The notes: generated from the sequence alone by a model not told the origin. DNA of 64,000 bases from Octopus bimaculoides (GCF_001194135.2 NC_068986.1:7220501-7284500), one strand, 5' to 3'; positions 41,226 through 54,499 are shown, counted from the first letter of the stretch. Program-made: numbers and translations.

Positions 41226-42499
41226 ACCTTTAATAGAATGTCTCTAAATTCCTGTTTACTGAGTGTTTGAGTTTCTGTATCTTTCTTTGCCAGACTGGCT
41301 TGTGTCTGAGTCCTTGCTGTAAGTCTGGAATCCCTATAATTTGAAATTGATTTTGTCCAGGCCACAATAGTGTAAGGGACTACAAAGAAGGAAAAGAAGA
41401 GACTTACAAATTCAAAAGAGGTTGACTGATAGAAAGATTAAAAGATTGAACAGCATTGTTCAGAAAAAAACAAAACAAAGCTGGTGAGATCCAAAGAGAA
41501 ACAGTTCAAAAAAGGTTAAACTGACATTACTAACAAAATCTCAACAGAGAAACTATGTGCGTAGGAAGAGTAGCGGATGACAGGCTTGAAGATCTTGACA
41601 GAGGGCACCAGGCCACAAAGTTCATCAGAGCAACGATCACGGATTTATGTGATAGTTGAGTGTGTGTGTGCGAAGATGCCCACAAACACAATAAGCTTCT
41701 CGTTCTTATATAAAATGAAGATGACAAGCTTTGGAGGATGTAGTTGACTTGTTGCTCCAATTACAATTAGTAATACAGTAGCCTTTACTGCATTGCACCA
41801 ATGTGTCCTTTCAAATGAGTGATAAAACACTTCCATGTTGGTATCCATAGTTACTCAAAGGAGGTTTATGAACACATCAATGTTACAGAGATATGCGACA
41901 ACAAACAAAATAACTTGTCGAAATATACTTATAATTGAGGTCATGAACGTGGACGTTGTTTTATTTTTTGTAAAAAAAAACAAAGATTTGTAACGGTATA
42001 TATAAGAGCGTCCAAGTTGGACTTATATATTTACGTATCGACAAAATGGAAAAAAACAAACTTGTGACTAAAGTTAAACATTGATGTGAAAGTACATCAA
42101 ACTTAACGATACACTGACTACTTGATACTTTTGCTTAAAGCAAGGAAGGAAACAAGAAGAATGGGTAATTGAAAAAAAAACTTTGCTGTCTTGTACTATG
42201 CATCAATGTAACAAGGTGTTATTTTGTCAGTGAAGTATTTAAAAAGTTTGCTTTTTAGCCAGGAAATAAAGCTTTTACAAAATCAATAATACATACTTCA
42301 GATAAAATACTAAGAAACGATGACCAAAGTGAAATCAGCGTTTATTGGATAGAGATCTAATCGTAAATAAAGTAAGACATTTCCAAGTGAGAATGTTTCC
42401 TGCACAGCTCAAAATATTGGGTTAGAAAATGAACTACTTGTGAACACTGAAGAGAAGGATTAGTTCATGAAATCATGAAGCACCATGAAACTGGAATAA

Positions 42500-43000
42500 C
42501 ATGAGTTAGTATTGACAAGATTACTCGTAGAAAATGAAAAACAAACAAATCTCAGTTGTGATGACAGACTTTGATACAGTTCAATTTTACTTTGAAAAGT
42601 TATAAAATGTTCCAACTTTGAATCCCTTTACGATCTAATTAATTCTCCTCTTGTATTCACTGAAATCTTCATAAAAAGGGATTGCAGGAAGTGATATCAG
42701 CAACCATCTGTTGAAAAAGATGAAACCAGATGAAATTTGCTGAATAAGATGAAATCTCTTTGGATGTGCTTCAAAGATTTTTGTATCAATCTTCTAATTG
42801 TGAATTTCATAATCATCTGCCAGATGAATGGACCAAGTCTATAATAACAGCAATCTTGACGCAAAGAAACAGCAACCTGCCAGAAAAGAGGTTTATGTAT
42901 CTCGGTGCAAACACTCTTTGAGAAATACAAAACTGAAAGAATTCCTTCACTTTCATTTTGAAAATTAGCTTTGTGGTCAAAGAGAAACACCATTGATCAA
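42500..43000 (+). mobile_element. Old non-LTR RT relic
   Basis: HLPDEWTKSIITAI and RGLCIS resemble PxEWxxSIIxPI..NYRGISL. Confidence 0.4.
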
Positions 43001-43269
43001 AAACTATAATTAAGCCTCAACATCTCCCAACACAAGCAGAAGAGATAAAACCTGGATCTGTGTGTGTGCGTGTATTTAGCTTTCTAGAAATAAACAATTA
43101 TAGGATAATTGCAGCAGCATACAATCTTTCTCAGCTGACAAGTTTAAGTACCAAAAGATTAATGTTGATTGATGATGCTTAAGAAGACCAAATGCATCAT
43201 TGGTCATTCTTTTGAACCACATAACTCAAGAATAGTGAAAGTAGATTTGCCAAGTGCACAGCATCTCTT

Positions 43270-43590
43270 TCTTTGCATACCACTCCTTACGTCGTTTAAC
43301 GTCCGCTGTCCATGCTGGCATGGGTCGGACGGTTTGACTGAGGACCGGTGAGCTAGAAGGCGAAAGCTACATCAGGCTCAATCTGATCTGGCAAAGTTTT
43401 TACAGTTGGATGCGCTTCCTACCACCAACAACTCCGAGAGTGTAGTGGATACTTTTACGTGCCACCAGCATGAGGGCCAGTCAGGCGGTTCTGGCAACGA
43501 CCACGCTCAAAAGGTATTTCTTTACGTGCTACCTGCACGGGAGCCAGTCCGGCAGCACTGGCAATGACCACGCTCAAATGTTATTTCCAC
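43270..43590 (-). mobile_element. SINE-like family B with (GAT)n tail
   Basis: ccatgctggcatgggtcggacggtttgac core. Homologs near 6690, 19900, 28160, 29095, 46770 in the same orientation and near 14850, 15120, 18400, 21410, 24580 in the opposite orientation. Confidence 0.8.
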
Positions 43591-43644
43591 GCTCGAGTAA
43601 GAGAAAATCATCTCTGCTATAAGACATTTCTTAATTGAAATATT

Positions 43645-44215
43645 GTTCCAAAGGTTGTCACAGCCGGGGGTGGTAGTAGGGATAAGCGCCCACTATCTAC
43701 AAAATGCTCCCACATGGCGTGCGTCTCAGAAAGCCTCCGACAACCAAAGTCCAACTCCAGGCCTGCTCGTGGCGGAACTGCTTTTACAGACAGGAGAAGG
43801 GGCAAAGGCGGGTCTCTGGCGCCTTAAAACCAAATGCTTTGGGTAGTTGGGGCTCGTCAGCCTACAAAGGCTGCCCATCTAGGAGAAGGAAAGCTTTAAT
43901 TTCAAACCTCCGCCGCTGCCTTGTGGCAATATCCAGTCATGGAAAAGGCTTCAGGAGTAAACCTCGAGGAAAAATCCGGAGTCGGAGCCCCTAAGGCAGC
44001 TCGATGCTGATCTCAACTTCGTTCTGGCAACTCCTGCGACTGCGTTGACACCAAACTGTAGCAGCCCTGCTGTTCCTTTGGATCCATCAACGAGGTGGAG
44101 AGGGTGGGCAAGTTGAATGGGCAACAGCCTGTTCTCCATATAACACTGCCCAGGCTTACATCTGTCCACACCATCCTAAAACTGGAGAGGACACTCCAGC
44201 TTCACCATTGATATG
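43645..44215 (+). mobile_element. RTE-type LINE 5' UTR fragment
   Basis: GC-rich block with segments I recognise from RTE 5' UTRs (ggagaaggaaagctttaatttcaaacctccg, aaggcttcaggagtaaacctcgagg). No coding motifs. Confidence 0.55.
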
Positions 44216-44286
44216 GTGTCGACATATAGTTATTTAATTCTATTTGTTTATCTGTGTATTGTATTATATTTCATTTGTTTGTTTGT

Positions 44287-44740
44287 TATAATACAATACA
44301 CAGATAAACAAATGGAATTAAATAACTATATACATTAAAAAAATTCTACTAAATTAAATACAAAAAAAGAGAAAGAATAGAAAAAATAAGTAGGTATAAA
44401 CACATGAACAAAAAAAATAAAAACAAATTAAATGAACGTATATAAACGGGATACGGATAATACAGGCGATTTCCCCACACATACTAAACAGACACACATG
44501 GGGGTATACGCATGCGCAAATAAAGACACATACAATAGAAATACAAAATGGCTGATCATTAGCAAGGAAAGACGTACAAATAAGAAAGAAGAAAGCAAAG
44601 GACCACAGAAGTGTGACGAAAGAACTCTGGCCGAAATACGATTAATATAAAATAAAGCTGAAGCAAATTAACACCAAATATATAGTGCGTGTGTTTTTAT
44701 TGGCTAAACTGGCAACATGACCGCCCTCAAATACAACAAT
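44287..44740 (+). mobile_element. Interspersed repeat homologous to the 27.0-27.4 kb arms (probably Penelope-derived)
   Basis: 44570-44740 aligns with 27235-27410; preceded by a 45-bp inverted copy of its own left end. Confidence 0.6.
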
Positions 44741-44991
44741 AAATTATATTTTAATTAAGCTTAAATGATAGAGCTCAATTCAAAGAATTTCATGATATCA
44801 ATCTCATGTAATGAAGTTTTAAAAGAAAAAAGTTATGAGTATTTGTTTGTCAAATTTGAGGGTGATAATTTAGTTCTATACTTTTTAATGAATTTAGTTC
44901 TATAAGGATACTTTGAAGTAAGGAAAAATTATTAACGGCACCACTAATTGACACATTATTAATTAGCATAATAGCGTAGCCTGGAAAAAAC

Positions 44992-46028
44992 ATGGATTAC
45001 ATGGAAAAATGTGAGCAAAAGAAATAATATTCTTAAGATTATAAACCTGAAAAATTACAGGACAAGTTATTACACTTGGAAAAGTTCAGTACAACTTATT
45101 ACATCTGGTAAAGTACAGAACAAGAACATTTTTACTTAAAATATTGCAGCTAAGGATAAAATTTGAATATTGAAAATTATTTGATTTTAATTTACAAAGT
45201 AACATTATAATTAAAAAAGGTACCATCATTTTGGGGAGGGGCCAGTCGATTAGTTCGATCCCCAGTACGCAACTGGTACTTAATTTATCGATCCCGAAAG
45301 GATGGCAAAGTCGACCACAGCTGAGTTTGAACTCAGAACATAAAGACAGATGAAATACCGCTAAGCATTTCGCCCGGCGTGCTAACTTTTCTGTCAGCTT
45401 GCCGTCTTATTGACACACTAGAATACTTAAAGAATGAAAGCCAGAAGTACCAATATAGCTAAAGTCTTATGCAAAATAGACTAGTATGTATGGTAGGCAA
45501 ATTCTTTATGTAAAAAATAGGCGTTGAGTCAAGACTAAAAATGTGAAAACTTGGCAATAACTCAAGCAAATTTTACTGTGAATTTGTTGTTATAGGTAGA
45601 TTTTACTGTAAAATATAACTAATTTTTATATTATTCTATTTATTGTACTAACTATGTACTACTATTACTTTTTATAACCTATTTTCAAATTTCTAATTAT
45701 TAATTAATAATTAAAGAAATGAATTTTTTTTAAAGTGCAAAATTTTTTAAAATTTTTAATAGAAGTAACAAGTAGTAATAAATAGAAGTAATAATTTGTA
45801 ATAAAATTTTTAGTTTTAATAAAAGCAAATATTTTCTTAATCTAAATATTTTATTCGAAATTTTATCCTTAGCTGCAATATTTTAAGTAAAAATTTTCTT
45901 GTTCTCTACTTTACCAGATGTAATAAGTTGTCCCGAACTTTTCCAAGTGTAACAACTTGACCTGTAATTTTTCAGGTTTATAATCTTAAGAATTTTATTT
46001 CTCCTGTTCGCATTTTCCATATAATACA
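44992..46028. mobile_element. Older MITE-like element with ~200-bp TIRs and a nested SINE
   Basis: 44992-45195 is the reverse complement of ~45812-46028 at roughly 85% identity; SINE at 45223-45405 inside. Confidence 0.7.
45223..45405 (-). mobile_element. SINE family A
   Basis: Reverse complement of the family A head and body. Confidence 0.8.
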
Positions 46029-46404
46029 CATTTAGGCAATATATATATTTAAAGAATATTTAGACTATATAAACATTGTCTAAACTCCTGATTATCTCAA
46101 GAGAAGTAGACTTCATTCTTTGCAGAGTGAATCCATTCATTCTTCAAGATTGTATTAGATTCTTCAGTCACAAAAGAAAAATGTGGTTTTTCTCCAGTGA
46201 AGGAACCAGCACAACCTTGACTAAAACAGAATTTGTCTTATAATTGAGTAGATTTAAAAAAATACATAGAATACAACAAAAATAAATGATCCAAATCTAA
46301 TATTGATAGTCCAAATGTCATTAAAATGGCACTAAAATTTACGTTTCTGATCATCATGAAATACAGAGTAACTTCGAAATTTTATACGCAACATTAGTTT
46401 CAAA

Positions 46405-46612
46405 TGTTAGCACAAAACCGGTAATTTCGGGGAAAGGCATAAGTCAGTTACATCGACCCCAGTACTCAACTGGTACTCATTTTATCGACCTCCGAAAGGA
46501 TGAAAGGCAAAGTCGACCTTGGCGGAATTTGAACTCAGAACATAAAGACGGACGAAAGACTGCTAAGCAGCTTTCCCGGTGTGCTAACGGTTCTGCCAGC
46601 TCGTCACCTTAG
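46405..46612 (-). mobile_element. SINE family A
   Basis: Reverse complement of family A, including ggaatttgaactc. Confidence 0.85.
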
Positions 46613-47764
46613 TTTCATATGCAGTATTGTAAATAGAATATATGACTTAATAAATGTAGCCTATAACTGACTTTTAAACGTTTTTAATAAATATGTTTAT
46701 ATTATGTTAATGAATAAGTTTCCCCTAAAACGGATTTATGAACATTTATAATATATAATTTATAATATATCATCATCATCATTATTTAAAGTCCGTTGTC
46801 TACGCTAGCATGGGTTGGACGGTTTGACTAGAGCTGGCAAGCACAAGACTCCTCTCTGATTTTGCACGGTTTTTACGGCAGGATGCTCTTTCCAACATCA
46901 ATCACTTTGGAAAGTGTGCTGGGTGCTTCTACGTAGCATCGCACGGGCGTTTTTACGCGACACCGCCATGCATGCTTTATACTACCAGAGGGACCGAGTT
47001 TAACACTTCTGTTGCAGAGTACGGGTCTTCTTGCAGCATGAATAAATGTAGCCTCTATATCTGATGTCTGAACATTTTTATGCAATATAAAAAAATGCTT
47101 CTTTCCTATGAAATTCTTCGTACAGTTTAATATTTTCATATTGGTTTTGATGTTTGTATTTTTGGCGTAATCAATCTGAAAACTTATTTTGCAACCTTCA
47201 TAAAAAACAACAAAAGTCTGATAAAATCTTAATTTAGCAGAGAAGAAACAAAGTGTTATAAGATTCGTTGTATAAGGGTGAATTAATGTCTTAGTGGAAA
47301 TCAGATTTTGAGACTGGATTAGTCTTTATTCATAATTCTTCAACAGTTATGGAGAAAATATTAATCACATATTTTGATCTAAAGATAAGTGTAAAGTCTG
47401 GAGTAAGAAAAGCCTAAACTTATCTGCTTAAATTGGGAAGTTGTTAGACGTCAAATGAGTTTAAATAGTTTGGTAAGTTACGCAATAAAACTGCTATAAT
47501 ATAATTTTCTTATTTGAAGCATGTTTTATGTCAGGAGCTGCAACAAACTTGAATATCAAAAGTTGTGATGCAGAATGAATCCATTGTTGAAAAAAAAAAC
47601 ACAAGAAATATAATGAGGACTTAAACACACTGAATTCATTGGAAAGAGTAATCGGTTTATCCTGACTCAATAGTTGTTAAAAAAAAAAATCTTAGTCGGT
47701 TTCAAATAGTAAAATTCTCTCATATTTAAAAAATATTTTTCTCTTTCATTATTTAACAATTTAT

Positions 47765-47955
47765 AAAGGTGGTGAGTGAGCAGAATCGTTCGCAAGCCGG
47801 GCTACGTTCTGAATTCAAATGTGACTGACGTCGACTTTGCCTTCCATCCTTTCGGATTTCGATAAAATCAGAACCGGTTGAGCACTGGGTCGATGTAATC
47901 GACTTATTCCGCCTCCCCGAAATTGTTGGCCTTGTGTCAAGATTTGAAACCGTTA
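47765..47955 (+). mobile_element. SINE family A
   Basis: gcagaatcgtt head, gaattcaaat B box, ccttccatcctttcgg body. Confidence 0.8.
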
Positions 47956-48384
47956 TTTAACAGTATATTCTTTACTATGTATTCAACATGTTTAAAGGAT
48001 TCTAAATTTAATGTGAACTTTTTAAGATTTATTTTTTTTAATAAAATCTTGTTTTTGCATGTATCAAACCCAACTTAAATATTCATTATGCTTTATGATT
48101 TATTTGTAATGATCATTAGGCTTGTGTATCTATATTTAGCCAGATCAATATAAACAAACTTTTCAATTAATCTAAAAGTGCTGTCAAATATAATTTCTGA
48201 TTTCATTTTGTGAAAATGGAGCTTTTATTGTTCAACACCATCTCAGGAGCCATGCCTCCTTCTCTACAGAATTTATTGCAACCACCTTTTCTGCTACAGC
48301 TTATCTCCATCTTAGCTACATTTCTTTGTCATTTTCAGCTTAACTTGTATTATTACGATATTTTAATAGAAATGGGATCTGGCA

Positions 48385-48607
48385 GAAATGAACGTGCAAG
48401 TGGCTGAGCACCCCTCAGACGCGTGTCCTTAATGTTGTTCTCAGGGTTATTCAGTGTGACAAAAAGGGATGACCCTTTGAAATACAAGCAGATCTCATTT
48501 TTGCTAGCTGAGTGGACTGGAGCAACATGAAAGCCCGCCGCTGGGAATCGAACTGAAGATCGTAAGATAGTAAGTCAAAGACCTTAACCATTAAGCCACG
48601 TGCCTCC
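48385..48607 (-). mobile_element. SINE family D, partial
   Basis: Shares aacgtgcaagtggctgagca and ctgggaatcgaa with 23461-23851. Confidence 0.7.
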
Positions 48608-50089
48608 CCCCACACGTACGCGCGCACACACACACGTGTATGTGTGTGATGATCATTAGTTTAATCTTTCCTTTTCCAAGTTTGCATGACTTAGACAGGA
48701 ATTTGTTTTGGGGCAGGATTTTACAAACTGTTTGTTAGGTAAGAGACCTCAATATTCTACAAATTCTATGAATAGAAAAAAATATTTGACAAAATGACAA
48801 AATGTCAGTAGATGTTTGATCTGAATATTTTCAAATTAAAAAATTGAATTTCTCTGGTGTTTTTAATAAAGGTCATATTTTATTTTCAAAACTTAATTCA
48901 ACTAGATATGGAATAAAATGCTAAATAACAACGATTCTATTTTTTCTTGCTGCCAACTTGTTCTATGAAAACAGATGTTCTATGAGGAAGTTCATTATAC
49001 CTTCTCTACTAACAAGTATATTAGTTTTTATATAAAATGTTTAGTGCATGCCAAAATCTTTTGATTGTTGTTCAGAGTGTCTCATTGGGGGAGGGGGTGT
49101 ATGTCTCTTTTAATTATCAATGGATAAGTTTTGATATTTGGGAATTAGTCTAATAATTTTGTAATATCGTAATTTTGCAAAGAAAAATTATTTTGTCGAA
49201 TCTTTGTTAAATTTTATTTTTTTCTCCCCAAATGTAACTTGTTTTATGGTGTTGTCTTCATGTATCATTTTGATATAAATTTGATCACTTTCCAGATTCT
49301 CAGATTTGCACACACACACACACACACACAAACACACACAGAAGTACACTTATCATACGAATAAACATTGACCTTTGTTTATATAATAATCTTTTTTTAA
49401 GTAGAATTCCTTAATTTAGGATGGAACTATATTTTAGACAACAATATATTTGTACTCCTCAATAATAATGCTTTATTTTATACACGAACTCATTTATAGT
49501 AAACAACCTTTTAATGGGCTGAAATGAAGACAAAGAATGATCCATATTTCAAGATCAACAATTTCTTTTATTTTTGTTATGGGATTGAATTGATTACGAT
49601 GGAGTGATTGAGGTCACAGACAGACAGATAGTTGATGTGATTTTTAGATGTCACTTTCTTAAATACGCCAAAAGGGTCTTAGGAGAGAAGGTGCCAAAAA
49701 GTTTGTGAGTGGTCAGGTCTAGCCAATGAAAAATAAACAGTCAAGCAGTCCAGTTTGTTATGTCTAGAACAACTAAATTTAATGGAATCAAATTTTTAAT
49801 ATCGAGAATGTCAATGATTTGATGACAGCTTTATCTTAAAGTATAAGGAAGGAATTAACTAAACACATATGAGTGGTTATCCACCATTAAGTGTTACATA
49901 TTAATGCTGCTCCCAAAGTGCGACGAGAAGATATTCATAAAAGTATGAACATCATTACTTCCCATTTACAATTATTTACATCTAATTAAGAAATTGTTAT
50001 TAATTTAAAAGTCATGTCTGAGTCATTTATTTCATTTGGCCTTTTGAATAGTTTGTGCTTACTTGATGCCATGTTGAGAAAGTGTAAGT

Positions 50090-50132
<43 letters not shown>

Positions 50133-50719
50133 AGGGAGTGAGAGAGCGTGGGAAGCAGAGGGAAAGAGGAAGTATTGAAAATTTATTCTGTTAATAGCGT
50201 TAGACGTTTCATGTTTCTCATCAAGCAATAGGGCAAACACACATGCATTCATACATATCAGTGAGAGAGAGAGAGAGAGAGAGAAGGGAGAGAGAGAGAG
50301 AGAGAGAGAAGGGGGAGAGAGAGAGAGAGANNNNNNNNNNNNNNNNNNNNNNNNNNNNNNNNNNNNNNNNNNNNNNNNNNNNNNNNNNNNNNNNNNNNNN
50401 NNNNNNNNNNNGTGCTTGTGTGTGCGTGTGTGTGTGTGTGTACAAAACAAAATGAGAGTGAATTAGAAAATTTCTTAATGATGCAAATGATTTATGGAAA
50501 TATAAAATAGTTTTAAATTGTATATGATGTCAATGAACGAGCATTTTGAAGTGAAAACCTATTTGAAATAATCAGGGTTAAAAGTAGAAAATATTTTAAG
50601 GTTGCAGAATAAAAGAAAGAACAACAAAATAATGCTTTGACGCATCTCTTTAGATTAAAGAAATCAAAATTGTTTAATGATCTGAAAGCCATTTAAAAAA
50701 AATGGAAACTCAGATCTGT

Positions 50720-50766
<47 letters not shown>

Positions 50767-51344
50767 ATATTTGTTCAATGAGATTGTACTGTAAATATTT
50801 GTTTTTTTTATGTTGTTGTTGTGATAGTTGTTGTGTCACTAAATTTATTGATTTCATCAAAACTATTTTCTCATCTGTGGAATCTTTTGGAAATTTTTCA
50901 AATGTTTCCGTTATTCTGATACAGCGAAATTGTAACTTACTTTTAAAGATAATTTACGGTGTTTACAAGGTAAGCCATTGCTGATAAGTCATTAATTAAA
51001 GATACAGAAGTTAACCATATTTAATAATTGCAGCGTTCAAACCTAATTTTAATCTCTGTTACATGAAAAGTAGTGGAACATCTAATTCAATATTGATGTT
51101 AAAAATAACAATTCTGTTGTTGAATATATTATTTGAGATTCTTAAAACTCAATACGTTTAACATCTCCGACAATCTCACTTCGATGTGTATTATTGCTAA
51201 CTATTTCTTTGAGATTTTATTTCCACCACCTCCATACAGGGGACAGAAGTAATACCCTCTTTTACATTACTTATATACTAATAATTGATAATAATAATTA
51301 ATAATAATAATCATCCTTGGATGGAATTTATAAGCATTTAATGC

Positions 51345-51478
51345 ATCACTACGCGCGTTTCCGCAAACCACATGTCTTTTAAGATCACAGTCCATATTCC
51401 TGGGATAATTACAGTGTAGTTCGTAATATCCGTGTGTATCAGGTTGACCATCTTCATGGATTTATTTCTTCAGGCGAT
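51345..51478 (-). ncRNA. Hammerhead-like motif with 105-nt stem II region
   Basis: Reverse complement reads atcgc-CTGAAGA-(105 nt)-GAAAC-GCGC-GTA-gtgat; stem I pairs 5/5 with one GU; ACGCGCGT palindrome. Confidence 0.55.
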
Positions 51479-51952
51479 TTCACATTAATAGAAGTACACC
51501 AGAAGGATGTTTATCCCATTTTACAAGTATGAAGGTTAAGCGAGTTATGTGTGTATTTGGTGGGAAGGAGGGGAGGTGGTGGAAATAGAGGAAGGAAATT
51601 TAGCTGTATGGGGATGGATGTGTGTGTAGTGGTGTTGAACTTATTTTGTTATTCATTCAGCAGATGTTAAGAATGGGTAGTACATTCTTTTGTTTGATTT
51701 CATTTAAGGCATCCACAATACTTATTTCCTATTACATTGGTAAGTTTTGTATATTTGCTTTCAAATTTGTTTTGAACAAAAGATACACTGTAAAAAGAAC
51801 TCAAGAGAAGAAATTGGAGAGAAAATGAGAGGAAGAAGGATGTGTGTGTGTGAAAGAGAGAGAGAGAGAGAGAGAAAAGGAAGATGAAAATGGAGATGTG
51901 ACATAACATTATTTACATTTGACGGATATTTGTCCTCATCTTGTTTGTTGTT

Positions 51953-52000
51953 AACACAACGTTTCGGATGATATACCCTCCAGCCTTCTTCAGGTGTCTT
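51953..52000 (-). ncRNA. Minimal type I hammerhead ribozyme motif (antisense arm)
   Basis: Reverse complement reads gacac-CTGAAGA-a-ggctgg/tcatcc-GAAAC-GTT-gtgtt; one mismatch in stem II. Confidence 0.6.
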
Positions 52001-52037
52001 GGGGGGAAATTTCGAACCTGAGTTTCTCATTCCTAAC

Positions 52038-52085
52038 AAGACACCTGATGAAAGCTGGAGGGTATACCAGCCGAAACGTTGTGTT
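52038..52085 (+). ncRNA. Minimal type I hammerhead ribozyme motif
   Basis: gacac-CTGATGA-a-agctgg/ccagcc-GAAAC-GTT-gtgtt: stem I 5 bp, stem II 5 bp, palindromic AACGTT in place of stem III. Confidence 0.65.
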
Positions 52086-52639
52086 AACAACAAACAAGAT
52101 GATGACAAATATCCGTCAAATGTAAATAATTCCTCATCTCTTAAATATAGAACTGTATAGATAGATACGTTGAGAGATAAAGAGAAGCGGGAGGTGCAGG
52201 ACAGTGGCAATATAGTGTTGGTTTATTGACATTTCTGTTGCTCCATCCAGCTGGTAGCTTAAAGGGTTTGAATAACATTGTGATCTGATGGCGATTTTTA
52301 TCATTTCATATCGCTGATATAAACTTTGAAATATTATGTGTTGCCCTAAAAAGAGAAGGAAACATTTTTTCTTCCTAAATGGCATCTCTGACGATAGTTT
52401 TTGAAGTAAATAGATACAAAAGTTTAAGAAAGTTTTGATTTACAACATTAATATTCATTTTATAAATGTAGAAAATCCAAGAGAACTTTGTACAGTTCCA
52501 ATTACTACTGATACCTGTTTTAAATACTGGTCGTTGTTTCATCCAACAATGTACTGTTCATTGCTGACTGAATTTATGATTTAATTTAAAGTTAAATTTT
52601 GAAAGGATGTGGAGTGGATGTCACTTTAAACTACTCTTG

Positions 52640-53130
52640 TCATCTTTAATTATCTGACAACTAGTATTAAAAGGGATTGCAATGGATTGAAATTTAAAAG
52701 GACAGCTGAGATCACCGAGATGCATGTTATCTTAATTTCTTTCAGCTAAGAGCAAATGGATCAATTCAGTCAATAGTTGTGCACTGTTAATCATTCTTTC
52801 TGTATTTAGTGATGACATCGTGATTGCAAGGTGCGAAACCTTTACTATAACTATTGCATGTTGTGCTTATTGTATACATGTTGATGCATGCATTTTGCGT
52901 GTTTGCATGTGATTAGGCGTATTTCAGGTGGCTATTAGCCCCATATCGAATTCGACCAATTAGCTGATCCTTCCAAAGTTTGTAACAATCCAAGGCTCAC
53001 CACTAAAAGTACGATGTCTCATGTTTTGGATGTCACAGTAATAATGTCAGGTAAATTTGCTGGTGTCAGTTGTTTCATTGCCATAACAACACTGAAGCTA
53101 GTTGGTATACCATTTGAAGGTTTTAATTTC
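52640..53130 (+). mobile_element. PIF/Harbinger-like transposase relic
   Basis: CD*AYFRWLLAPYR at 52908-52949 resembles GDSAYPLxxWLLxPY, followed by SCFG and CQLFHCHN resembling ExxFG and CCxLHN. Confidence 0.4.
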
Positions 53131-54499
53131 AATCACCATCATCATCATCAATAAATCTTAAGAGCAATCATTGAAAGTTTTTGAATTGAACCAGGCAGAT
53201 CCAGCCTTTCCACATGGTTAAAATCTTGTTTCCTCCAAGGTTTTGGAATGAACAAGTAACTGAACGAGAATGTTCACAGTCATTCATACTTCAATGATGC
53301 TATATGCAGATCTTAATTCCTCATTCATATAGTCCCTAATGTATCTTGTCATCTCCACAACACTGCTTTGTGTTTTTTTTTTTGGATAAATTACCCAAGC
53401 ATCACCAGGTACATTAGAATTTAAAGTAAAACATACAGGGAATGAATTAACTTCAATTAATATATATGGCTTACCGCAAATTTAACCCTTGTTTTTTAGC
53501 GCCAGAATATGATAGTCAGGGATTCCATACAATTGCTGCAATATCTTTGTTAAATCTTTCATATTTCCCTAAACTGCATTGTCTTGCAATAAAATGGAAA
53601 TATATTATTGTATTAAAAAACAAAAAAACAAAAAACAAAAACATTTCCTCTAAATCCCGGAAATCATATTTGTTACTTTAAGAAGAATGATAACTCATCT
53701 CCATTGTTCATCTACAACAAATTTCAAGTGTAACGATTTCATTATTCTTTATCTTTAAAAAATATTTCATTATCTTTTCAGTCCAATAAAACAAGAACAG
53801 ACAACACTTAGATTCCAGTTGAATTCTTAAAGAGATTATTGAATACCTCATTATTCTCTTGCCGTTATCATTCTTCAGTTACTATCTTTCTGAGTAGCAT
53901 TAAGAATTCTTAAAATAGATCAATGGCACAATGAGAAAATCTTCACATGCCATCTTTAAAGAAACTTAGCATATTTGCAAACATTTATATACTTTTATTT
54001 CACATTGTTTTTTCTGTTCAGAGCAGTTTTATGAAAACAATTTTTATAAGATTGATCGCCGTAATACCTCAGTTTGAATTATCCAATAAACTTTGATTTG
54101 GTCTCTTTGAATATATTCGTATTTTTTTCATATGACATCAAATTTAGAAAATAGCTGATTACTACATATATATATTTTCAAAATAAAAAAGAAAAATTAA
54201 AACGTAATTCGTTTTTCTGTACATGTTTTATACGAAGTTAATATCTCAAATAATAAATATAATTGACTAAAATATTATTCTGCTGACCTTAACAGAGTAA
54301 AATACTCACCTTCTTTCACTGTACTCGGAAATTTTCTAGAATATAGTTACTATAATGTGGAAAAGGTTTTTGTACTTTTTACCTTTTATCAAAGTTGAAG
54401 AAAGTCGTCATTTATGTTTGAGAAAACTTTGTTATCCAAAAATCTTACAAATCCGATAAAGTTTTCTAAGATTACTATTTGTATTCACAACAGATATAA

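Larger units (their letters stand above)
51908..52130. mobile_element. Inverted pair of Penelope-type terminal repeats, each with a hammerhead motif
   Basis: 94-bp arms 51908-52001 and 52037-52130 with a 35-bp spacer; each arm reads CTGA(T/A)GA-stem-GAAACGTT on its own strand. Confidence 0.8.

Noticed and set aside
43645-43796. HDV-like ribozyme in the RTE 5' UTR fragment
   Set aside because: P2- and P3-like pairings are visible (ctccag/caggag; gcc-7nt-ggc) but P1 is 5 bp and P1.1 and P4 are missing; needs a family consensus.
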